DNA from: a virus
Virus record (IMG/VR): IMGVR_UViG_3300025617_000009
Location: 1 to 64,000 of that record
DNA length: 64,000 bases
Direction: 5' to 3' (one strand)
In this document: positions 1 to 9,058 of the stretch, one piece after another
Layout: each line of letters starts with the position of its first letter
How positions within the stretch are numbered: position 1 is the first letter of the stretch
The notes under the pieces: model-generated
The model's database searches: none
The model's input: the letters and a program-made list of their open reading frames with translations, nothing else
Told to the model about the DNA's origin: nothing
Program-made: the position numbers and the translations under genes

Positions 1-1028
1 TTGTCGTATGGCAAGCCACTGTTGCTTACTGCAAATATTATACGGCCGGCGAAGTAGTCTGTGGCTGCTAGTACACCGTAGCGATATACTGCTAGATCTC
101 TGTCGCCTGCGTTTGTTGATGAGGTGTAATCACCTCTGTGTGTGTAGTTGTCAAAGTCGTAGAATGTAGTGTTTGCGAGATCACTGTCAGCGCAGTAGTA
201 GCCTGCTCTGCCCATGTACATCGCTTGTGTGGGTATTTGTGTGTCTGTGCCAGGATCATAGGGATGGTTTACATAACGTACTACACCGTTGGCACTGAAT
301 GCTCCAAATGTTCCCATGGCATACGAGTTACCATCTAAGGTGCTTGCTGTGCCTGGATACATAAAACTTGTGTTGCTTTGACTCCTTACACTTGCCCAAA
401 ATGAAGGACCTTGGCCTTCTTGAGATTTTACCACACTCAAACTACCGGAAAATGTAGCTTGTGTATATGATCCTTGACTGCCGCTGGTGAATCTAATACC
501 AGTGGCACTGGTTGGCCATGATTCTATACCACGAGCTGCTGCACTGATAAGATGTGTGTTTCCGTTGCTTACTGTGAATGCTAGTCCGTAGAAATCAGGC
601 CATGCTCCTAGATTGGCATCGGTGTAGGTCTGTATTTGATTTGGGTTGGCGGGATCACTGATATCAAAACAGTGTATGCGTCCTTGTCTGCCTGAAACTG
701 TGGCTGTGCCTACATACACCAACTCATTGATGTTGTCATAGGCTAGAGGCACTGGCTTGTCTCCTCCTGCATATTCCCAGGTTGGAGAGAATGTGCCTGT
801 GCCTATCTGTGTGGCACTTGCATTGGGCCATGCACTCATATCCCAGATAGTAAAACTTGACGAGCCTGTAGTGAATGCACGATCGTTTTCTTCGTCTATG
901 AGTAGATATGTTCCACTGGGAGCAGTTATACCTGTTTGTATATCTGCTGTGGTTGGATCAAACGAATATCCACTGGGACTTGTAAATCCTGAAAATCCAC
1001 TTTGACTGAAACTGGTTAATCTTGGCAC
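1..1028 (-). CDS. Partial beta-propeller (LVIVD-like) virion/fibre protein, runs off the left edge
   Basis: Not in the ORF track. GTG at 1028 follows AAGGAG; reads MPRLTSFSQSGFSGF... and includes GRIHCFDISDPANP (LVIVD-type DISDP.NP motif). N-terminus resembles the neighbouring 399-aa ORF. Confidence 0.7.
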   Translation of the reverse strand, partial: MPRLTSFSQSGFSGFTSPSGYSFDPTTADIQTGITAPSGTYLLIDEENDRAFTTGSSSFTIWDMSAWPNASATQIGTGTFSPTWEYAGGDKPVPLAYDNINELVYVGTATVSGRQGRIHCFDISDPANPNQIQTYTDANLGAWPDFYGLAFTVSNGNTHLISAAARGIESWPTSATGIRFTSGSQGSYTQATFSGSLSVVKSQEGQGPSFWASVRSQSNTSFMYPGTASTLDGNSYAMGTFGAFSANGVVRYVNHPYDPGTDTQIPTQAMYMGRAGYYCADSDLANTTFYDFDNYTHRGDYTSSTNAGDRDLAVYRYGVLAATDYFAGRIIFAVSNSGLPYD

Positions 1029-1037
1029 GACTGCTCC

Positions 1038-2237
1038 TTACACACTGTTTACTATCCCAGACATATCGAAGGCATGTAATCTTCCACTGTTGGTTCCTAC
1101 AACACAGAGATTGGATTCTAACTTCCAACGAGTTAGTCCTCTTGTTCCAGTGATGCCTGGTATACTGTCTAGTAGATTTTCGTGTTCAGTCCACGTAGTG
1201 TTTGGCCAGGCAGTGTCTATGTCTGTTGTACTCAGTACCTGTCCAGCACTTACTAGGATCACACTTCTTGCTGTCGAACCTGGATGAACTGCTATACTTC
1301 CGTCTGAGCTCAGACTGTTGTTTGAATATATCAATGTGGCTTGAGGCAATCCGCCTATGCCAATAGGAAATACCACTTTGTATACCTGGGTTCCAGCATT
1401 ACTTCCGCCTGTACAAGCAACAATATATGTACGCTCATCTACCACTGTGCCTGTCATATGTCTTGCAACTTCTGCAGAATTACCTGCTGCTGTGAAAGAA
1501 CCGGCATCACCTCGTCCATCGTAATCTCTGTATACATTCACTGTTACATTGTTACCTGACGGAGTTCTTGCGGCAGCCCAAAATCGTGCTGCACCCAACG
1601 GATGATATAGTGCATTGTCGTGAACACATGCATACCCTCTTGTAAAGTCTAGTTGTGAGGTATTAAATGTAAAGAAGTTATTTCCGTTTGGGCTTCCTGT
1701 GGTCACGTTTGTTTGGCCCATGACTCTTCCAGTATACCCATCTTGTACTGTAAGAACATTACCTACATGAGCTGAGTGTATTCTAGCAAATCCAAAGTTG
1801 TTTGAGGATTGATAGCCGCTGAATCTGTTAGGTCTTCCTACACTTGCAGGAGTTTGAACTTGTGCCGAAGTGTATGCATACACATCAAGCTCTCCTTCGT
1901 TGCTGTTACCAAATGGCCTTCCGAGATAGATGTAGTTGTTGTTCATTGTGCATTGATAAAATCCCTGGGTGTCGACGCCTGTGCTTGTAGTAGATACAGT
2001 GTCTACTGCTGTAAATTCATTGCCGGTGCCTGCAAGTAAATTGTTGTAGAGAGACAACGAGTTGCTTCCTTTACGCCACACTGCAACACTGCCGTTCTCT
2101 GCGTAGTTAATATCAAATGCACGATAGTCGTATGTAGATATGCTGCTTATATAACCTAGCAGTGTTGCACCGCTTGAACTGCTGCCGCTTTGCGAGGAAG
2201 AAAAGTTTGCTCCACTTAAACTTGCAAGTCTAGGCAT
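1038..2237 (-). CDS. Putative beta-propeller virion/fibre-associated protein
   Basis: 399 aa, Ser/Gly/Thr-rich beta-strand pattern ending GTNSGRLHAFD; starts MPRLASLS; lies in a structural gene array. Confidence 0.55.
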   Translation of the reverse strand: MPRLASLSGANFSSSQSGSSSSGATLLGYISSISTYDYRAFDINYAENGSVAVWRKGSNSLSLYNNLLAGTGNEFTAVDTVSTTSTGVDTQGFYQCTMNNNYIYLGRPFGNSNEGELDVYAYTSAQVQTPASVGRPNRFSGYQSSNNFGFARIHSAHVGNVLTVQDGYTGRVMGQTNVTTGSPNGNNFFTFNTSQLDFTRGYACVHDNALYHPLGAARFWAAARTPSGNNVTVNVYRDYDGRGDAGSFTAAGNSAEVARHMTGTVVDERTYIVACTGGSNAGTQVYKVVFPIGIGGLPQATLIYSNNSLSSDGSIAVHPGSTARSVILVSAGQVLSTTDIDTAWPNTTWTEHENLLDSIPGITGTRGLTRWKLESNLCVVGTNSGRLHAFDMSGIVNSV

Positions 2238-2240
2238 GTA

Positions 2241-4991
2241 TTACAGCCTTGTTATATCAACGATGTGAGCCGCACCGCCTGCATATGTGCTAGGTCCAAC
2301 TTGTAGATATGCTCCTGCAATAAACTTATCGCCCGACATGTCTATATTTCGGCCAAAGTTTGCACTAGTAAGACTCTCGCCGATGTCTGGACAGTCAACT
2401 GTGTGTAACAACGACCCATCTGTAACATCAAACACGTATACCTTACCTACGGCTGTAACACCTTCGTATTCACGATGCGATGCTGCTACAACATATGATT
2501 CATTTATTGCTACATCCCAGCCAAAATAGTCTGCTGTAGTGCCAGCATCTGGATTTGGATTATCTAATGTATGCAATAATGAACCGTCGCTTAGATCAAA
2601 TACGTAGGCTTTACCTGTGCTGTTAAATGCTGCTTCGTCTTCATTTGTTGCTCCAACAACAGCATACGAGTTTGAAATATGAACTGTCCTACCGAAGCTA
2701 TCACCGGTCTCAGTATCATAGTCGTTTGGATTATCAAATGTGTATACTAGATTACCAGTTGACAAATCGTATACATATGCTTTACCCGAGTTAGAAGCAC
2801 CTTGGTCGTTTGACGAATCGCCAATAATAGCATGAGAATCTGATAATCCTACACTTATACCAAAGTCACCGCCAAAACCACTCGGGTCAGATAAAGTATA
2901 TAATAAACTGCCGTCGACGGCATTATAAATGTATGCACCACCTACGAAACTATTATCATTTTGAGCGCCAATAATAATATGAGTATCTGTTATAGCCACG
3001 CTTGTGTCATCACCTGCAAATCGTTCACTATTACCAAGACTTGGATTTTCTATAGTGTACAGTAAACTTCCGCTATTTACATCGTAGACGTATGCAACAC
3101 CTTGATCGTTGTAAGTGCCATCTTCTAAAGCTCCTACAATAGCATACTTACTTGAAATAGCAACAGCAGAACCAAATCTGTCGTTGTCTGTATTACTGTA
3201 TTGATTTGGGTTAACTAGTTCATGGAGTAGTTGTCCGCTAATTGTGCTAACAATATATGCTCGGCCCGATGCACTACCATCTTCTGACGCACCTGGCGAA
3301 CCTATGATAGCTTTGTTGCCTGATATTCCTACGCTCCAGCCAAAGTCATCTGCGTAGTTTCCATCGTTACCTAAATTCCAAATGCTAAGTGGGTTAGGTA
3401 GTACAGGATTGTTAAGAGGATATCTTACAAGTACAGCACCACTGCCGCCATCACCGCCACGTGATGATGATCCGCCTGTACGACCGGCACCACCACCACC
3501 ACCGCCGGTGTAGGACATACCGTCTTCACCTGTAGGTTCACCTGAACCACTTCTTAACTCAGAGCCGCCTGTACCTGCACCAGTTGGGCTATCGCCTCGA
3601 CCGCCACCGCCCGGGTGAGGTTCTAGCAAACTAGTTATACCGTTGCTGCCCCACTTACCGCCGCAGCCGCCTGAAGCAAACCATCCAGAGTCGCCTACAT
3701 CATCACCGAACTTATCACCGAAGTATAAACCTTCACCGCCTCGTCCAGCAATATTACGGTCAGCTGGATCTACGGCAGCCGAGCCAGCGCCGCCGCCACC
3801 GCCACCGCCGTGGTTTTGAGTGGCACCGTCAGTGTTGTTTACACCATCATTGCCGTAACCATACAGCCCACTATCACCTGCTTGCGAAGTTTGATTGCCT
3901 GTTACTACGTGACCAGAAATATCGTTTGCTCCACCGCCGCCTGATCCGCCTTCTCCTGAACGTGCATCTTGGGACCATGACGAACCAAATCCACCGCCTT
4001 TGGCAGTTAGTACATATCCGTTGCCGTCATCAAAAATACTGTCACCGCCTGCTGTAGCATTAGGCATACCTCCGTAACTACCAGGGTTGTAAGAACCAGT
4101 ACCTCCTTGACCTACTGTGATCGTGGTAGTTGCTGATGACAAGGTAAGTTTAGGACGATAGATTAAACCACCAGCTCCGCCGCCTCCTGGAGCAGCGTGA
4201 CTTCCGCCGCCTCCTCCTCCAGCAACCATGAGTACATCAACTTCTAAGTCTCCAGTATTAATAAAGTCTCCGGCAGAGTTAAAATAGTGTACACGATAAT
4301 CTATGTTGTCTGCATCTCGGTAGGTGTAAACTTCATCACCACCTGATGTTGTAACTTTTTTTACAGTTATATCTTGTGTTGTAGACACACCTGTTCTAGT
4401 TGTTGCTGTTACTGTGAATGTGTAATCACCGTCTGAACCTGTCGGTGATCCTTGTATCACACCTGTTTCGGATAATTCTACTCCAGTTGGCAGAGTTCCG
4501 CTGTCAACAGAGTACGTTATTAATCCACCTGTTTCGTAATCTGTGGTTAGTTGAGCTATACCTGTTATTCCGTCAAACACAGTAAGTGTTAAAGGCCCAA
4601 TAACAGGTGTTGGGCCTAGGTTAGTTGTTACAGGAGTAGGGACAGGATCTGCAGCATTGCCTACTTCTATACCCCAGGCTGTTGCAGTTACAAAATCCTC
4701 ATCGGTAAGCAGTGTGAGATATTTTCCACTGGGCACAAGTATTTGTGTTCTTTCCATTACACCCTTAGGTGCAATAGGAACTTCGAGTTCTAAAGGATAT
4801 ATTGTAGCGTCGTTAAGATCGGTGATGTCTGCGTTTAATGTATCAGTAAGTGCTACTGAAATTTTTATCCCGTCGTTTCTTCTATTAACAACATTTAATG
4901 TAACAGTCGTAACATCGTCAGTAGGGCATACATATATGCTCTGACTGATATTTTTGTTTAGTTCAACTGCTGCTAATCTTCCGCTTGCCAT
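2241..4991 (-). CDS. Modular fibre/adhesin: shared N-terminal domain + Ig-like (He_PIG-type) + glycine-rich domain + FG-GAP propeller
   Basis: GTLPTGVELSETGVIQGSP Ig motif; VAGGGGGG...GGSGAVLVRY Gly-rich domain; about 7 FG.SV.IS...IVGA...G.AYVYD repeats. Confidence 0.75.
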   Translation of the reverse strand: MASGRLAAVELNKNISQSIYVCPTDDVTTVTLNVVNRRNDGIKISVALTDTLNADITDLNDATIYPLELEVPIAPKGVMERTQILVPSGKYLTLLTDEDFVTATAWGIEVGNAADPVPTPVTTNLGPTPVIGPLTLTVFDGITGIAQLTTDYETGGLITYSVDSGTLPTGVELSETGVIQGSPTGSDGDYTFTVTATTRTGVSTTQDITVKKVTTSGGDEVYTYRDADNIDYRVHYFNSAGDFINTGDLEVDVLMVAGGGGGGSHAAPGGGGAGGLIYRPKLTLSSATTTITVGQGGTGSYNPGSYGGMPNATAGGDSIFDDGNGYVLTAKGGGFGSSWSQDARSGEGGSGGGGANDISGHVVTGNQTSQAGDSGLYGYGNDGVNNTDGATQNHGGGGGGGAGSAAVDPADRNIAGRGGEGLYFGDKFGDDVGDSGWFASGGCGGKWGSNGITSLLEPHPGGGGRGDSPTGAGTGGSELRSGSGEPTGEDGMSYTGGGGGGAGRTGGSSSRGGDGGSGAVLVRYPLNNPVLPNPLSIWNLGNDGNYADDFGWSVGISGNKAIIGSPGASEDGSASGRAYIVSTISGQLLHELVNPNQYSNTDNDRFGSAVAISSKYAIVGALEDGTYNDQGVAYVYDVNSGSLLYTIENPSLGNSERFAGDDTSVAITDTHIIIGAQNDNSFVGGAYIYNAVDGSLLYTLSDPSGFGGDFGISVGLSDSHAIIGDSSNDQGASNSGKAYVYDLSTGNLVYTFDNPNDYDTETGDSFGRTVHISNSYAVVGATNEDEAAFNSTGKAYVFDLSDGSLLHTLDNPNPDAGTTADYFGWDVAINESYVVAASHREYEGVTAVGKVYVFDVTDGSLLHTVDCPDIGESLTSANFGRNIDMSGDKFIAGAYLQVGPSTYAGGAAHIVDITRL

Positions 4992-5000
4992 TATTAATCC

Positions 5001-7487
5001 TTATCTTATATATACGCCGTGTCCGTAGAACGCATCTGATCTATTACCACTCCAGTTACCTGAGTTACGTGCAGATCCATGTCCCCACCAGTGACCGCCC
5101 ATTCTGTGCCAATCATCATTACCGTAACGTCCGCCAATGCCTCCACCAAAAATACTGCTGCTAGAGTTGTCTCGACCGCAGCCTATTTGTGCACCATAGT
5201 GCATAGTACCGGTGTGAAAGCCGCCTACGTAGTTACTTGTGTTGCTACTACTACCGGTATCTGAACGTATCTTGAATCCTACAAACTCATTGTTTGGTTC
5301 GTATACGTTTGTATCGCTTCGTACATGTAATGCACTTACCCAATTGTAAGCATTACCGAATAGCACAACATCAGCTTTGTAAGTGTTAGGTTGATTAATA
5401 ACACTTGCCATATTTTCAAAAGCAGTATTATGTCTCCACCCAATTCTTTTGTTTAACTCGGCAGGATCGTTCGCAATAACCATTACATCGTTAAACGGAG
5501 ATAACGCATATGTAGGAGCGAATGCCTTTGTATCTGTTGCTCCATCTATGTCAAAATCTGTGTAACCTTGATCCATTACTAGCTGTTTAGTAGTAGCTTC
5601 CCATCCAGACCAGTTAGCAACTAAAAAGTCACCACTTGGAAAAGGTGCTGTGTTTTCCACACCAAAAAAGTCATCTTTCCGTAACACCAACATCCAGCCT
5701 CCGCCGTCATATTGGCTGTCCATATAGCAATGTACTTGGAATGCTTCGTTCTCGCCTTCTGGTTTAATCCAATATGCACCGTCTGTGTTTGTGCCTGTGA
5801 TACGTTTAATTTCTTTTGCACTAGGAGCAGCTAGTGCTTCTGTACTTCCATCTTGCCATTTCCTTGTAATCGCAAATGCGGTAGGAGTTGTATTTCCTAG
5901 TTCGTCAGTGGCGGTTAATGTAACTGTAGTAGGCGTAGATGTTGATGAGTATGTTTGAGTGTTTGTAAACACATATCTAGTACTAAAGTCAGCATTGGCA
6001 TTTGTAGGGAAGTCAAACGAGTTTGTAGAGAACACAATACGTGCTGCTCCTCTGCCTCCTTTGCCACCATAGCTGGTATAGCCAGGTTGATCATAACCTC
6101 CGCCACCGCCGCCACCTGGAAATCCGCCATTGCCGCCGTGTCCGTTGTTAGTATTAGTAGCGTGGTTGTCTCTACGTTCACCTGAAACAGCAGTTGCTAC
6201 AATAGTTCCAGAGAATGTTTGAGCAGAGTTATTCCAGAGGTAGGATCCGCCACCGCCACCGCCGGCACTTGAATCATCACTATAGCCGCCTTGGCCACCA
6301 GCAACTCCTGATACACCTTCTGATCCATCACCTGCTGCAGGGAATGTGTTCCAGCCACCAGCACCGCCTGCGCCTGTACCAGTTGCTAGTTCGTAGCCTA
6401 CACCAGAGTTAACTCTAGGTCCTCTCGCACCGTTACCGTCAAATCCACCAGCGCCACCGCCGCCAGCGCCACCGTTATTGTTTCCTCCAGATCCGCCGCC
6501 ATTGCCGCCTCCTCTGGTTAAACCATAACTAGCGTTTGCAGAAAATGTTCCTTGGTTAGCGTAGTTAGTAGTTCCAGCAAACCCGTCACGGTTACCGCCA
6601 ATGTAACCGCCTTGACCTGCACCGCCCGTAAGAACTGCTACATTGTCAATCTTTAATGTACTCGCTTCGCCTGCTGAACCGTATCCGTTTTTTACACCAT
6701 CTCCGCCATCGCCGACAACTACTTGAATAACTTCGCCGCCAGTGAGTGTTACATTGTTTACATAAGCAAGGCCACCACCACCGCCTCCGCCAGCACCGTA
6801 GTCGGTGTTGTCTCCGCCACCACCGCCACCGCCACCTCCGACTACTACGGCACTCATGTTAGTGAATAAACTGTTTCCTGTCGGAACTGTGATAGTGTAT
6901 GTTCCTGGCTGATCTATTAGGAAATCAACCTGAGTAGCATCTCCTGGAATGTTATCTAATGCTTCTTCCAATGTGCCAGTAAGATATTCTCCTGATACTA
7001 GTAATCCTGGTAGAAGAGTTCCGCTAGAAAGTGTAACATTTACAGGTCCTTCATCATCAATATCAAACGGTATTTCGTTTAACACGCCTGTTATAGGCTC
7101 TGCTGTATTACTAACCCAGACAGGTGCTTGTCCTAGATTTTGCGAAGCCGGAGTTACTGTAATAGAGTTACCATTTACCATACCCCATGCTTGTACACTC
7201 AATGGACTGCATGTAGATTTAATAGTTAAGAAATAATTTGAAGGTACAATAATACCAGTTCTTTCAATAACCTGTTTAGGAATAATATCTAAATCCCATT
7301 CTAATATTGCATCTGTTTCTTGAATGTCATCTCTGTTCTCAGTAACAGCAATATAAATCTTACCCGAGTCTACGCCTCTATTACAAACATTAATACTTAC
7401 TGCCGCCGCATCATCAGTGTCGCACACAAATATTGATTGTGTGACATTTCTAAAAACTTCGAATGCTCCTTGTATACCTGTAGCCAT
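5001..7487 (-). CDS. Modular fibre/adhesin: shared N-terminal domain + Ig-like with inserted Gly-rich domain + fibrinogen-C-like domain
   Basis: N-terminus paralogous to the flanking ORFs; C-terminal SAKEIK...DGAYWIKP...FQVHCYMD...GGGWMLV is the fibrinogen-related signature. Confidence 0.75.
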   Translation of the reverse strand: MATGIQGAFEVFRNVTQSIFVCDTDDAAAVSINVCNRGVDSGKIYIAVTENRDDIQETDAILEWDLDIIPKQVIERTGIIVPSNYFLTIKSTCSPLSVQAWGMVNGNSITVTPASQNLGQAPVWVSNTAEPITGVLNEIPFDIDDEGPVNVTLSSGTLLPGLLVSGEYLTGTLEEALDNIPGDATQVDFLIDQPGTYTITVPTGNSLFTNMSAVVVGGGGGGGGGDNTDYGAGGGGGGGLAYVNNVTLTGGEVIQVVVGDGGDGVKNGYGSAGEASTLKIDNVAVLTGGAGQGGYIGGNRDGFAGTTNYANQGTFSANASYGLTRGGGNGGGSGGNNNGGAGGGGAGGFDGNGARGPRVNSGVGYELATGTGAGGAGGWNTFPAAGDGSEGVSGVAGGQGGYSDDSSAGGGGGGSYLWNNSAQTFSGTIVATAVSGERRDNHATNTNNGHGGNGGFPGGGGGGGYDQPGYTSYGGKGGRGAARIVFSTNSFDFPTNANADFSTRYVFTNTQTYSSTSTPTTVTLTATDELGNTTPTAFAITRKWQDGSTEALAAPSAKEIKRITGTNTDGAYWIKPEGENEAFQVHCYMDSQYDGGGWMLVLRKDDFFGVENTAPFPSGDFLVANWSGWEATTKQLVMDQGYTDFDIDGATDTKAFAPTYALSPFNDVMVIANDPAELNKRIGWRHNTAFENMASVINQPNTYKADVVLFGNAYNWVSALHVRSDTNVYEPNNEFVGFKIRSDTGSSSNTSNYVGGFHTGTMHYGAQIGCGRDNSSSSIFGGGIGGRYGNDDWHRMGGHWWGHGSARNSGNWSGNRSDAFYGHGVYIR

Positions 7488-7495
7488 ATTTTTTC

Positions 7496-9004
7496 CTAGT
7501 TAGTCCCGAATATAAACCATGTCATCCTAGATGAGCTGTTTGGAGCGTCAATGCCCCATACGCCACTATAGTTTGGTTCTGGATAGTTTAAATCGTTATA
7601 GTTTGTTGTTACGTCAGCCGTCCATGCATAGTGTTCTGTGTTTGCGCCGGTTGTTCTACAACCTAGTGCGTTGATCATAGAATATCTATAGTTTTCGTTG
7701 TTACGAATACCAAAGTCTAGTTCGTCGGTTTCTGATAGTTCACCTCTTGCACTAGATCGGTATCTATCTCTTGATGTTGTTGCACTTCCTTTTAAGAATG
7801 TAACTGGTACTTGTAGTCTTCCTGCATCGCCGTTTACACGTAGATCTGGACCGTCGTTTCCTCTAAAGAAACTTCGTAGATTACTTCCTCTAGTACTTAA
7901 CCATTCCGAACTTGTATATGCTACTTCAGTAGAGATAGAGAATAAATCATCTGGATCATCAACTGATTCAGCAAAGCATTGCATGATTAATATATCTTTG
8001 TAGTCCCAGTCATAATACAGTGAATTTTTATAGCTCGTATTATCTACTAAATTTGTAAAGTTACCAAATGTATTAGTATCAGTCCAACTACCTAACCATG
8101 ACCCGGTACCTGCCGTGCTCTGGGGGATTGTAACGTCGCAGCTGATACTTCCTAATAATGCCCAGCCTGTGTTAGAACTTCCTGCATAGTCTGCATTGCC
8201 GCCAATACCTGTAGTTGCGTTAGTAGTGAATAGTTTTGTTTCTACAGTATTGCCAACAGCATCTAAAATATAAATGCTTCCTGATGTTTGATTTGAAGTG
8301 TTAATAGCTGTACTAAGATTAGCGTCAGATGCTAAAGGATTATCTGAAACTGTTCCCGGAGCCCATGAACGAAGTATACTGAATACTCTTGGAGTTGCTA
8401 GTCTAGAATCTTTTGCTTCGACGGTGAATGTATAAGGTACACCACCAGCGTTGTAAGCATCACCTTCTTGAATAAAACCAGATATTGTACCCGATTGTTG
8501 GATAATCATTCCAGTTGGAAGTGTGCCAGCTGTTTGTTCATAGGTTACACTAGCACCGTCTGGATCTGTAGCATCTAGTTGAATAGGCGTCATATCGAAT
8601 CCTTCGTATATTTCTCCTAGATCAGCAGTAGTATTCCATACAGGCGCAGTACCATCGTTTTGTAAAGGTTGTGGATCGCCAGTTTCTTCGCCTAGTTCAT
8701 ATCCCCAAAGAACTACACTAGTAGCTTCTCCGGTAGATCTGACTGTTACATAATGATTTGCAGGAAGCACTAGTCCTGTTCGCTCTAATACACCTTTTGG
8801 TTCTAATCTTACATCATATTCAATGTATTCATCTACGGTAGCAGAGTTTTCTGTAGATGTAATAGCCACCCTAATATAAGTTGGTACTATATCCCTGTTA
8901 CATATACTAACATTGATTACAGTTGCGTCATCGCTGGTACATTTATAAACCGACTGTGTAATACTTGGAAATATCTCCCAAGCACCTAAACGACCTACTG
9001 CCAT
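7496..9004 (-). CDS. Modular fibre/adhesin: shared N-terminal domain + Ig/cadherin-like + intelectin-like domain
   Basis: APVW...ATDPDG...GTLPTGM Ig motif; GWALLGSI...GSWTDTNTFG...YKNSLYYD..KD resembles intelectin. Confidence 0.7.
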   Translation of the reverse strand: MAVGRLGAWEIFPSITQSVYKCTSDDATVINVSICNRDIVPTYIRVAITSTENSATVDEYIEYDVRLEPKGVLERTGLVLPANHYVTVRSTGEATSVVLWGYELGEETGDPQPLQNDGTAPVWNTTADLGEIYEGFDMTPIQLDATDPDGASVTYEQTAGTLPTGMIIQQSGTISGFIQEGDAYNAGGVPYTFTVEAKDSRLATPRVFSILRSWAPGTVSDNPLASDANLSTAINTSNQTSGSIYILDAVGNTVETKLFTTNATTGIGGNADYAGSSNTGWALLGSISCDVTIPQSTAGTGSWLGSWTDTNTFGNFTNLVDNTSYKNSLYYDWDYKDILIMQCFAESVDDPDDLFSISTEVAYTSSEWLSTRGSNLRSFFRGNDGPDLRVNGDAGRLQVPVTFLKGSATTSRDRYRSSARGELSETDELDFGIRNNENYRYSMINALGCRTTGANTEHYAWTADVTTNYNDLNYPEPNYSGVWGIDAPNSSSRMTWFIFGTN

Positions 9005-9028
9005 TTAAATCTCCAAAAACGTTTCTTA

Positions 9029-9036
9029 TATTTATG
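9029..9036 (-). promoter_or_regulatory. T4-late-like promoter (CATAAATA) for the fibre operon
   Basis: TAAATA core followed by a GGAG RBS upstream of ATG 9004. Confidence 0.6.
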
Positions 9037-9058
9037 CTAATATAACCAAAGAGAAATA

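Noticed and set aside
3430-6850. GC-rich (CCG/CCA)n runs resembling microsatellites or a foreign island
   Set aside because: Explained by glycine codons in the Gly-rich adhesin domains
1-9004. Diversity-generating retroelement acting on the adhesin tips
   Set aside because: No reverse transcriptase and no TR/VR pair differing at adenines was seen in this window
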